Below are positions 53,887 to 60,900 of a DNA stretch of 64,000 nt, one piece after another. Source of the DNA: an uncultured delta proteobacterium. Lineage in GTDB: Bacteria; Myxococcota_A; Polyangia; Polyangiales; Polyangiaceae. The stretch spans positions 96,001-160,000 of the forward strand of contig CAVQUB010000007.1 in NCBI GenBank assembly GCA_963716725.1, in the 5' to 3' direction. The notes under the pieces were generated by a model. That model made no database searches. It was not told where the DNA came from and worked only from the letters and a program-made list of their open reading frames with translations. The position numbers were made by a program, and so were the translations under genes. How positions within the stretch are numbered: position 1 is the first letter of the stretch; each line of letters opens with the position of its first letter.

Positions 53887-54129
53887 ATGGCGCAGTCACA
53901 CCCCGACGAGTTGCTTTGGCGGCGCGCGTTGGCGCTTCCACCGGACAAGCGCCTGGCGCTTGCTACCGAGCTGCTGAACAGTGTGGAAGAGCGCCACGAC
54001 GAACGCTGGGAGCGCGAGTGGCTCGCGGAATTGGACCGACGAAGCGCAGCGATCGACCGCGGGGAAGACAAGCTCGAGGACTGGGAGACGGTGAAGGCCA
54101 GGTTGCGGGCCGAGCTGCGCGCAAGGTGA
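53887..54129 (+). CDS. Addiction-module antitoxin (ParE-associated family)
   Basis: ALALPPDKRLALATELLNSV...WLAELDRRSAAIDRGE..DWETVKARL. Confidence 0.85.
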   Translation: MAQSHPDELLWRRALALPPDKRLALATELLNSVEERHDERWEREWLAELDRRSAAIDRGEDKLEDWETVKARLRAELRAR

Positions 54130-54265
54130 AGACGCGGTTTTCCGACGGCTCCACAGGTTCCCGTTCGTCATCCACTTTCGTCTCGGCGAAAACGAGGTCT
54201 TCGTCCTGGCCGTTGCCCACGGGAAGCGCAAACCAGGCTACTGGGTCTCGCGCGACGAACCTTAG
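54126..54265 (+). pseudogene. ParE/RelE toxin, internally deleted and frameshifted
   Basis: GTGA-coupled MKTRF start joined out of frame to RRLHRFPFVIHFRLGENEVFVLAVAHGKRKPGYW*. Confidence 0.85.
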
Positions 54266-54268
54266 GCC

Positions 54269-54423
54269 GAATAGCGATTGAGGCGTTCAGCAGCGAACGC
54301 CAGAAACAACATCACCAGATTCTACCCCGCGCGAGACCCTGGGGAACAGCCGAAGGGGTGCAGGGCGCCACGACATCACCAGTCAGAAAGCCAGCGCTCG
54401 TCTGCTGCAACCTCCTGTTAGGC
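54269..54423 (-). repeat. attC9 (family B, 155 bp; R' GTT mutated to GCT)
   Basis: GCCTAAC-AGGAG-GTTGCAGCAGACGAGCGCTGG...TGGCGTTCGCTGCTGAAC-GCCTCAATC-GCTATTC. Confidence 0.85.
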
Positions 54424-54436
54424 GGTCCGTCGAGAA

Positions 54437-54820
54437 CTAGCGCCACTCGCCCACCATGCCCGCCTTTCGATAGTCCAGTCCGCGCGAGCGTACCGCCAAT
54501 CCATTCGCATACGGCACGGCCCACGCGAACGCCGCGGCCTCGCGCCCTGTACGCAGACGGACCACGCCGTCCGCTCCGAGTTTGCGGGCATGGTCGGCCA
54601 ACTCGTCGAGAAGAGGATCCATCGAGCCGTACGTCCCACGCTTCAGTTTGATTTCACCGAGGTACTCCAACGGAGCGCCCGGCGGCGGCACATCCTTCGT
54701 GAAGAACACGGGACCTGCGTGCGGCGGGTATCGAGACTCGGGCATCTCGGTGCTTGTGCCGCACGCTGCAACGCTGCCGAGGACGGCGGCGAGAACAAGC
54801 GGGGACACACACCTAGCCAT
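54437..54820 (-). CDS. Cassette lipoprotein, YbjQ/heavy-metal-binding-like fold
   Basis: Lipobox VAAC; YLGEI...LADHARKLGADGVV...GLAVR pattern. Confidence 0.7.
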   Translation of the reverse strand: MARCVSPLVLAAVLGSVAACGTSTEMPESRYPPHAGPVFFTKDVPPPGAPLEYLGEIKLKRGTYGSMDPLLDELADHARKLGADGVVRLRTGREAAAFAWAVPYANGLAVRSRGLDYRKAGMVGEWR

Positions 54821-54830
54821 TATGCAATCC

Positions 54831-54996
54831 GCCTAACGAAACGGCGTTCACCCGCGAACGCCGAGACTCAAGATAACAGACGGCACAGCGCTGCACACGC
54901 GGGCGAGTGCCGCATCAGAGTGGTCATCCGCGGCCGCAGAATGGACGGTGAAACTCGGCATGGCCGGCGTTCGGCGGGTGCAACGGCCAGATATGC
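54831..54996 (-). repeat. attC8 (family A, 166 bp; R'' AAC mutated to ATC)
   Basis: GCATATC-TGGCC-GTTGCACCCGCCGAACGCCG...GGGTGAAC-GCCGTTTC-GTTAGGC; close to attC2. Confidence 0.85.
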
Positions 54997-55005
54997 GGTG
55001 CCTGG

Positions 55006-55314
55006 TCACCTGACCCCTTCGAGTCGATCAATCCAGTACAGCGGCGCCTGGTTGCCCAAGAACGCGACGACCACTACCCGGGGATCGGTGATGTAGATGA
55101 TCGACACGGGGAACGTGCGCAGAACGACGTGCCGAACGCCCGGAGGGACGCCCTCGAGCACCCACGGAGCGCCGAGGTGGGGAGATTCGTCGATCAGCCC
55201 GAAGATTTCCTGGGCTTCGTCGACGAAGCGGGAACCGTAGCCGGACCGCTTCTCTTCGTACCAGAGCGCGTTTGCGGCGAGTTCACGCGGGGCAGCGTCC
55301 AGAACCTCAGGCAC
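55006..55314 (-). CDS. ParE/RelE-family toxin
   Basis: WYEEKRSGYGSRF...SPHLG...RHVVLRTFPVSIIY...VVVVAF...YW; overlaps antitoxin stop. Confidence 0.85.
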   Translation of the reverse strand: MPEVLDAAPRELAANALWYEEKRSGYGSRFVDEAQEIFGLIDESPHLGAPWVLEGVPPGVRHVVLRTFPVSIIYITDPRVVVVAFLGNQAPLYWIDRLEGVR

Positions 55315-55546
55315 GGCGAGAAGCCACTGCGGCTCGAGCCCTGGACAGCGCGTCTTGCGCAGAAACGGTCTTCGCCGTGCCGTCGCGAAGGCGCTCCACT
55401 CTGCGCGCGATCTCACCAACCCAAGCGTCGTGCGCAGATGGCGCCGGCGTTGGAGTCAAGCTCTCCGCCAGCCGGAGCGCGAGCTGAGCGCGCTCGTCGT
55501 CGGGAAGCTCAAGTGCCTCTGCAAGAATGAGGTCGATGCGAGACAT
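55307..55546 (-). CDS. Addiction-module antitoxin (ParE-associated family)
   Basis: ALELPDDERAQLALRLAESL...AWVGEIARRVERLRDG. Confidence 0.88.
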   Translation of the reverse strand: MSRIDLILAEALELPDDERAQLALRLAESLTPTPAPSAHDAWVGEIARRVERLRDGTAKTVSAQDALSRARAAVASRRA

Positions 55547-55629
55547 CGCGCCAAGCGTACCACGTCGTGTGGGGGGGCGAATCGGGCGTCGACGGTCCAG
55601 TTGAAAGCGCGCGCCATCTCCTCGCGGCC

Positions 55630-55713
55630 GGATAACGTATCGGCGTTCTGCGGCGAATGCCAGACCGAGCGCAGCGAGGGAGGGCAGTCGTCCGCAGCAA
55701 CGCCTTGTTAGCC
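55630..55713 (-). repeat. attC7 (short type, 84 bp)
   Basis: GGCTAAC-AAGGC-GTTGCTGCGGACGACTGCC...GGCATTCGCCGCAGAAC-GCCGATAC-GTTATCC; vapC stop lies in R''. Confidence 0.88.
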
Positions 55714-56109
55714 AGCCTCAGCAGACCAGTTCACGACCCTGAGCCCCTTCACCTTGGAGAAGTGCTTGAGGTTGTTGCTTACCAGCGTGAAGTTCAGCGC
55801 GAGCGCATGGGACGCGATCAACGTGTCCAGGGTGCCAATGGGTGTGCCCTTCGTCTCGAGGGCTGCCTGAACGCGACCGAAGGCGGCGGCAGCGGCGTCG
55901 TCAAAGGGCACGACAGCAACCGTGCGACTGAACGCGTCGATGATGCCGTGGAGTTTCCGAGAGCGCCGACGCTCGGCCCCGAATCGCAGTTCCGCCAGGG
56001 TGAGTGCGCTTATGGACACCTCCGACGGCTGATGGTCGGTGAGCCGGGCGGCAGCGGGGCCTTGGCCGCGCAGGATGTAGCTGACGGTGTCGGTATCGAG
56101 GAGAAACAT
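55708..56109 (-). CDS. vapC: VapC PIN-domain toxin
   Basis: LLDTDTVSY, LAELRFG, IGTLDTLIASHA, LVSNNLKHF. Confidence 0.93.
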   Translation of the reverse strand: MFLLDTDTVSYILRGQGPAAARLTDHQPSEVSISALTLAELRFGAERRRSRKLHGIIDAFSRTVAVVPFDDAAAAAFGRVQAALETKGTPIGTLDTLIASHALALNFTLVSNNLKHFSKVKGLRVVNWSAEAG

Positions 56110-56113
56110 GGCC

Positions 56114-56353
56114 CTAATCCCCGAATGGATCGCGCGGAGCGGAGGCGTCACGCGCTGGCCGAGGAATCTCGCCGGACCACGCCCCAATGCACGCCAAGAA
56201 ATCCTCCGGCCACGCGTCCACGGGCTCGAGGATGATGCGACGTCCCTCGCGGCGAACGACCACTTCCGCCTGGGTGTCGGGGAAGCGGCAGTCCTTCGGA
56301 AGTCGGACGGCCTGGCTTCCACCATTCCTGAAAAGCTTGGCTCGAGCGCTCAC
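56114..56353 (-). CDS. vapB: VapB (AbrB/MazE-type) antitoxin
   Basis: AKLFRNGGSQAVRLPKDCRF. Confidence 0.93.
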   Translation of the reverse strand: MSARAKLFRNGGSQAVRLPKDCRFPDTQAEVVVRREGRRIILEPVDAWPEDFLACIGAWSGEIPRPARDASAPRDPFGD

Positions 56354-56359
56354 TTGGGA

Positions 56360-56389
56360 AAGTATAGACGCATGTCTATACTTCGTCAA
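56360..56389 (-). promoter_or_regulatory. Sigma70-type promoter of vapBC with overlapping operator palindrome
   Basis: TTGACG-N17-TATACT on the minus strand; AAGTATAGAC-GCAT-GTCTATACTT perfect 10-bp inverted repeat 56360-56383. Confidence 0.85.
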
Positions 56390-56419
56390 GCAGCGCCGGC
56401 GCGTGTGTTTCTGCGGTCT

Positions 56420-56459
56420 GGCTAGCCTACCGACGTTCAGCAGCGACGTCTTGTTAGCC
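56420..56459 (-). repeat. attC6, collapsed 40-bp remnant (L'' arm and loop deleted, R' GCT)
   Basis: GGCTAAC-AAGAC-GTCGCTGCTGAAC-GTCGGTAG-GCTAGCC. Confidence 0.75.
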
Positions 56460-57038
56460 GGCCGTCGGAGGTCGAGCGGTCGCCAGTATGTCTTGAGCGG
56501 TCATCGAGGATGCTTCGTTCGGGTGCAGGGCGGTAAGGCGCCAGTCCGCCGCGGCCTGGTCGTCGATCAAGATGTCGGGCTTCGCCAAGAAGTCGACGAA
56601 GCAATCCGCAATGCCCAGCTCGACTGCGGATCGGTGGGCGTATGGCGCGCCTCCGACGCTCCAGCAATAGAGAACGGCGTTGGCCGCGTGAAGGTCACGA
56701 ACACGTTGTACGACGCTGCTCATCGGGATGCGCTTCGAACCGAAGGAGCGAACGAGCGTGTCATCGACGTCGACGAAGATGATAGGCGTGTTGGGCGCGG
56801 TGCGGTCGCCAGGCGCCTGCTGCAGACGTTGTCTGGCAGCGTCGAGCATCTCCGGATAGTTGGTGCTGAGGGGCTCCACCAGCGTGGTCTCGAGCTGGCA
56901 CTCGATCTGCCAGAGCACGTGCTGCTCAGCCGAATCGAGCACCCGGACGGCGCCGCCTGAACCGGCTCGGTGGAGCATCTCGAACAGAAGGAGAGCCGCG
57001 TCTGGCTCAAGTTCGAGCTTGTGGCTTGGCGGGCTCAT
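56454..57038 (-). CDS. Two-domain cassette protein: small helical domain + HAD-superfamily phosphatase-like domain
   Basis: IIFVDVDDTL (HAD motif I), WS, KPD..IDD; stop in R'' box. Confidence 0.75.
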   Translation of the reverse strand: MSPPSHKLELEPDAALLLFEMLHRAGSGGAVRVLDSAEQHVLWQIECQLETTLVEPLSTNYPEMLDAARQRLQQAPGDRTAPNTPIIFVDVDDTLVRSFGSKRIPMSSVVQRVRDLHAANAVLYCWSVGGAPYAHRSAVELGIADCFVDFLAKPDILIDDQAAADWRLTALHPNEASSMTAQDILATARPPTAG

Positions 57039-57047
57039 CTCGGGTCC

Positions 57048-57212
57048 GCCCAACGAGACACACGTTCACCCGCGAACGCGCGAGGTGATCGTAACAGAGC
57101 GCGGGGCATTTTCGAGGCCGGCGCGTGCCGTTGAAAATTGGGCGCCGGCCGCCGCGGGACGGACGGTGAAGTCGGCAAGGCGCGCGTTCGGCGGGTGCAA
57201 CGTCCGTTATGC
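57048..57212 (-). repeat. attC5 (family A, 165 bp)
   Basis: GCATAAC-GGAC-GTTGCACCCGCCGAACGCGCG...CGCGCGTTCGCGGGTGAAC-GTGTGTCTC-GTTGGGC. Confidence 0.88.
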
Positions 57213-57560
57213 GGCATCTCGCGGCGTCACCGCCCCGGGCGCCCGCACGAACATCACCAACGCGACCATGCTGGGGACGAAGAAGCCCAGCACTCCGAGT
57301 GCGGTGAAATTCATGGCCTCGGCGATGCCCTCGCCGAGCAGTCGTGCCTTTTGTGACGGATCCACAGCCTCACCACCGACGGCAACAGAAGCCTTGAACG
57401 CGCCGAGCGCAATACCGGTCGCAGGTGCAAGGAAGAGGCACAGGAGGCTGAGAAGAAGGACGCGGCGAAGGGTCTTGCGGGGCTGGGACGACCAGCGCGC
57501 AACTATGGACGCGGCGACGAACCCAAAGCTGGTGAGGCCGATCAGAACCCACCAGTGCAC
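57207..57560 (-). CDS. Small 3-TM protein with MotA/TolQ/ExbB-like C-terminal hairpin
   Basis: GGGGAG RBS + GTG; AVGGEAVDPSQKARLLGEGIAEAMNFTALG; stop in R''. Confidence 0.7.
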   Translation of the reverse strand: MHWWVLIGLTSFGFVAASIVARWSSQPRKTLRRVLLLSLLCLFLAPATGIALGAFKASVAVGGEAVDPSQKARLLGEGIAEAMNFTALGVLGFFVPSMVALVMFVRAPGAVTPRDAA

Positions 57561-57569
57561 GATCTCCCC

Positions 57570-57735
57570 TGCCAACGATCCGGCGTTCACCCGCGAACGC
57601 CGAGACCAAGAGATACCAGAGTGCGCGGCGCTGCACACGCGGGCGCGTACCGCTTGATGATGGGCACCGGCGCATTCGGCGAGGCGCCAAGGCAAGGCAC
57701 GACCGGCCTTCGGCGGGTTCATCGCCTTGTTAGCC
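57570..57735 (-). repeat. attC4 (family A, 166 bp)
   Basis: GGCTAAC-AAGGC-GATGAACCCGCCGAAGGCCG...CGGCGTTCGCGGGTGAAC-GCCGGATC-GTTGGCA. Confidence 0.85.
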
Positions 57736-57754
57736 AGGCCTCTGCCGCAGCGAC

Positions 57755-57783
57755 TTGACATAGTTATCGTTTCGGATAACTAT
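57755..57783 (+). promoter_or_regulatory. Promoter and operator of the toxin-first TA pair
   Basis: TTGACA at 57755-57760; ATAGTTATC-N6-GATAACTAT perfect inverted repeat 57760-57783; -10 element weak. Confidence 0.75.
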
Positions 57784-57789
57784 TGGCTT

Positions 57790-58128
57790 GTGAGTTTCGT
57801 CGTCCGCGAGTACGTCGATGAAAGCGGACGCATCCCCTTCCGGGATTGGCTAGGAGAGCTAGACACGTCGGTCCGCGCTCGCGTGCAGGCGAGAGTTTTG
57901 CGATTTGAAACCGGCAACCTCGGCGACCACAAGGAGGTCGGAGAAGGGGTCTGGGAGGCGCGGCTAGACTTCGGTCCCGGGTACCGCTTGTACTTCGGGA
58001 GAAGCGGCCGCGAGGTCGTTCTGCTCTTGCTGGGTGGCGACAAGACGTCTCAAAGGAAGGACATCCGGCGAGCTCGAGAGTTTTGGGCGACGTACGTGAA
58101 GGAACTGAAGCATGGCAAGACGCAGTAG
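57790..58128 (+). CDS. HigB-like RelE/ParE addiction-module killer protein
   Basis: GRIPFRDWL, GNLGDHKEVGEGVWEARLDFGPGYRLYF, LLLLGGDKTSQRKDI. Confidence 0.92.
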   Translation: MSFVVREYVDESGRIPFRDWLGELDTSVRARVQARVLRFETGNLGDHKEVGEGVWEARLDFGPGYRLYFGRSGREVVLLLLGGDKTSQRKDIRRAREFWATYVKELKHGKTQ

Positions 58129-58423
58129 AGACTGGAACGAAGGACTGGCCGAAGACCTTCAGGACCCGGAGTTCGCGCGACAGTTCTTGACGGCTGCCGT
58201 GGAAGACGGCGTGCCCCTGAAGATTGCTCTTGCGAAGGTCATTCGTGCCACAGGTGTGAAGGAGTTCGCGGAGAGCGTCGGGATGCTGAGCCCGAATGTG
58301 CTGAGGGCGATTGACCCGAAGCACAACCCAACGCAGGAAACACTCGAACGTCTACTGAAGCCATTCGGGCTTCGAATTGGCCTCGCCCAGATCAAGCCTA
58401 GGACGAAGGGTCGCGCGGCATAG
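58112..58423 (+). CDS. HTH antitoxin (HigA-like addiction-module antidote)
   Basis: LQDPEFARQFL, C-terminal HTH, NPTQETLERLLKPFGLRI; overlaps toxin. Confidence 0.88.
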   Translation: MARRSRDWNEGLAEDLQDPEFARQFLTAAVEDGVPLKIALAKVIRATGVKEFAESVGMLSPNVLRAIDPKHNPTQETLERLLKPFGLRIGLAQIKPRTKGRAA

Positions 58424-58437
58424 CGTCCGCCTCTCCA

Positions 58438-58600
58438 GCTCAACGATCCGGCGTTCACCCGCGAACGCCGGAGATCATCGTAGCAGACGGCGGGGCGCAT
58501 CAGAGCGGGCGCGTGCCGCAGACAGTGAAGGCGCCCGTGACGCGCGACGTGCGGTGAAACTCGCCTGGCCGGCGTTCGGCGGGCGGAACGTGAGTTATGA
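58438..58600 (-). repeat. attC3 (family A, 163 bp)
   Basis: TCATAAC-TCAC-GTTCCGCCCGCCGAACGCCGG...CCGGCGTTCGCGGGTGAAC-GCCGGATC-GTTGAGC. Confidence 0.87.
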
Positions 58601-58622
58601 GGCGGGCTTGCTCACTGGCTTG

Positions 58623-58734
58623 TCACTCAACCGCGGCGTCGTCCGTGGACGAATCGCCCTCAGAACCGTCGTCGAGCGACGAGTCAAGCGCAGCGTCCGG
58701 AAGCTGTGTGTCCGTAGGGCTGTCGGGCTTGGTA
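58623..58734 (-). pseudogene. 3' remnant of a cassette gene (Asp/Ser/Ala-rich tail) cut by the IS
   Basis: TKPDSPTDTQLPDAALDSSLDDGSEGDSSTDDAAVE* directly after the IS end. Confidence 0.55.
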
Positions 58735-58765
58735 TGAAGTTCCCCCGCTTCCGTGGACAGCATGA

Positions 58766-59646
58766 TTATGCCGCAGCCTTCACTGTTCGTGAACGCAATT
58801 CGAACTCGATCGGGTTGAGGTAGCCGAGGTGAGAGTGGCGCCGCTCGATGTTGTAGAAGTTCTCGATGTAGTCGCCGATGGAGGTCTCGGCCTGGACGGT
58901 ATCGACGTACAGCTCATGGTCTACGAGTTCGGCGCGCAAGGTGGCGAAGAAGCTCTCCGCGACTGCGTTGTCCCAGCAGTCGCCCTTGCGGCTCATGCTC
59001 GCCACCAGACCGTGCGCGGCCAGCTCCGCTCGGTATGCGTCGCTGGCGTAGGGGCTTCCGCGATCGGAGTGGTGCACGAGGCCTGCGGCAGGGCGACGCG
59101 ACAGAAGGCCCTTTCGGAGCGCTTCGAGAGCCAGCAAGCTGTGTCGTTGTTCTGGCTCGCGGCCCACGCAACAACCCGACGGGAGATAGAGGTCGAGCAT
59201 CACGGCAAGAAACAGCCAGCCCTCGAGAGTCCAGATCGCAGTCACGTCGGTGACCCAGACGCGATCGGGAGCGGCGACTTCGAACTTCCGAGCGAGCACG
59301 TTGGGCGCGATCGGGTTCGAGTGTTTCGAATCGGTCGTCTTCCTGAAGCGGCGCTTCCGCCGCGCTTCGAGGCCGTTTTCCTGCATGAGCCGCTCCACTC
59401 GCTTCTTGCCGACGCGGATCCCCTGGGCTCGCAGTTCCGCATGCACGCGCGGGCTACCGTAGGTGCTTGCGGCTGCGCGTGTGGACCGCAGCGACCTGGA
59501 CCGCGAGCTGTGCGTCGGCGCGTAACACGAGGCGCCTGGGGCCGCTTACGCCATGCATGGAACCCGCTGCAAGAGACCTCGAGAACGCGGCACAGCATCG
59601 TGATTGGGTAGAAGGCCTTCTCGGCGAGGATGAACACGAACTTCAT
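58766..59646 (-). pseudogene. IS3 OrfB DDE transposase with several indels
   Basis: WVTDVT, HHSDRGSPY, CWDNAVAESFF; frame breaks near 59520, 59465 and a pair at about 59185/59140. Confidence 0.9.
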
Positions 59647-59954
59647 GTGCTCTCCTTCGCGAAGAAGGCCGCCGCTTTTTTCAGGATTTCGCGCTCCATT
59701 TGCAGGCGCTTGTTGTCCCGCCGCAGTTGCGCGAGTTCCGCCCGCTCGTCACTCGTGAGCGCACCTGGCGGTCCGTTGCCGGCGTCGATGTCGGCCCGTT
59801 TCACCCACTCGCGCAAGGCCGTCTCGGTCAGGTCCAGGTCCCCGGCCACCTGCGTGACGGTCCGATCTCCGACCTTGCAGAGCCGCACTGCCCCGGCCTT
59901 GAACTCGGGGGTGAATGCTCGTCGCTTCCTACGCTGCTTCTTTCGCTTGTCCAT
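59643..59954 (-). CDS. IS3 OrfA (HTH + leucine zipper)
   Basis: RRAFTPEFKAGAVRL...EREILKKAAAFFAKE. Confidence 0.93.
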   Translation of the reverse strand: MDKRKKQRRKRRAFTPEFKAGAVRLCKVGDRTVTQVAGDLDLTETALREWVKRADIDAGNGPPGALTSDERAELAQLRRDNKRLQMEREILKKAAAFFAKEST

Positions 59955-60011
59955 GGATCACTCCAGGCGCATTGTCGCGCGAGTTGGGGTGTCCACGAAA
60001 CCGGGGGAAGA

Positions 60012-60413
60012 TCACTCGGGCGCTCCCCCGTTCGCCAGACGGCGATTCTCCTCATCCAGGTACTCATCGAAGTGCTCAAGAGAGTTGCGCACTTTGGAGT
60101 TGAGGAGCTCATCCATTGGCACGCCGTCGAGAATGGAACGCAAGGTCTTGGCGCGCCGTTGCCGGAAGCTGTGCGAGACAGCGGTTTCCGATTTGCGGCG
60201 CTGCGAGGGTTCGACGAGCTTTCTCAAATTCGCGCTCGCGATTAGCGCCACTGAGATATTCGTATGGAGTTTCAAGGATACTTGGAGCGTGAATCCCGTG
60301 TCGGGAACGGCGGCTTCGTTGAAGACGGCGTCACATGCGTCGACGATCGCATGAGCGAGCCACACGATCTCGTGAAGGCAAACACCGAAGAGTGGCGTGT
60401 TGGTGATGTCCAC
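60012..60413 (-). pseudogene. Cassette gene with R-X4-H (HEPN-like) motif, truncated by the IS
   Basis: VRNSLEHFDEYLD; its stop TGA is the first three bases of the IS. Confidence 0.65.
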
Positions 60414-60430
60414 GATTCGATCCTGCGTCG

Positions 60431-60595
60431 GTCTAACGCTCTGGCGTTCACCCGCGAACGCCGAGACTCAAGGTAGCAGACGGCACGGCGCTGCACACGC
60501 GGGCGAGTGCCGCATCAGAGTGGTCGTCCGCGGTTGCGGAACGGACGGTGAAGACCGGAAGACCGGCGGTCGGCGGGTGAAACGCCTTGTTATGC
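60431..60595 (-). repeat. attC2 (family A, 165 bp)
   Basis: GCATAAC-AAGGC-GTTTCACCCGCCGACCGCCG...CGGCGTTCGCGGGTGAAC-GCCAGAGC-GTTAGAC. Confidence 0.9.
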
Positions 60596-60900
60596 CGTGA
60601 CAGAATCACGGTGATTCTCGGGTCGGAGACTTTCGGCGCCGCCCGACGCGTCGACGCCGTGGTCTTGGATCTTCTCGACATCTGCGACCGCAACTGTCGC
60701 TGCTGCTTCTGCGGGCACAGTCGGCAAGACATCGGTGGTCTTGGTGCAGCGCTGTCGTTCAACCGCCGGAACTTTTTCCCGCCGCGACGACGCTCGGGGC
60801 TCGCCTCGCGCGACCGGATGCGTCGGAGACTTTCGGCGCTGCCCACGGCAAGACCGTGAAGTCTCGCCAGCGCTGCCCGCTGCATAAGAAATGAACAGCG
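60596..60900. other. Cassette 2 cargo: repeat- and hairpin-rich, probably non-coding
   Basis: 23-bp direct repeat at 60622 and 60822, several inverted repeats, no recognisable protein. Confidence 0.55.

Larger units (their letters stand above)
58735..60014 (-). mobile_element. IS3-family insertion sequence, 1280 bp, no target-site duplication
   Basis: TIRs TGATCTTCCCCCGGTTTCGTGGACAC / TGAAGTTCCCCCGCTTCCGTGGACAG; orfA/orfB; A6G slippery site in ILKK codons. Confidence 0.93.

Noticed and set aside
52321..54129. 602-aa plus-strand ORF
   Set aside because: Antisense to the Cys-rich lipoprotein and reads through attC10; only the last 80 codons (antitoxin) look real.
53313..57761. Repeated ORFs such as MQRRALWYLLVSAFAGERRIV (53313-53750, 57370-57690) and N-terminal extensions of cassette ORFs
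   Set aside because: They are translations of the attC repeat itself, not a protein family.
52208..60595. Recurring GGCGTTCACCCGCGAACGCCG repeats as a CRISPR array or REP/MITE family
   Set aside because: Spacing is hundreds of bases with whole genes between copies, there are no cas genes, and each complete copy is one arm of an attC hairpin with R/L boxes.
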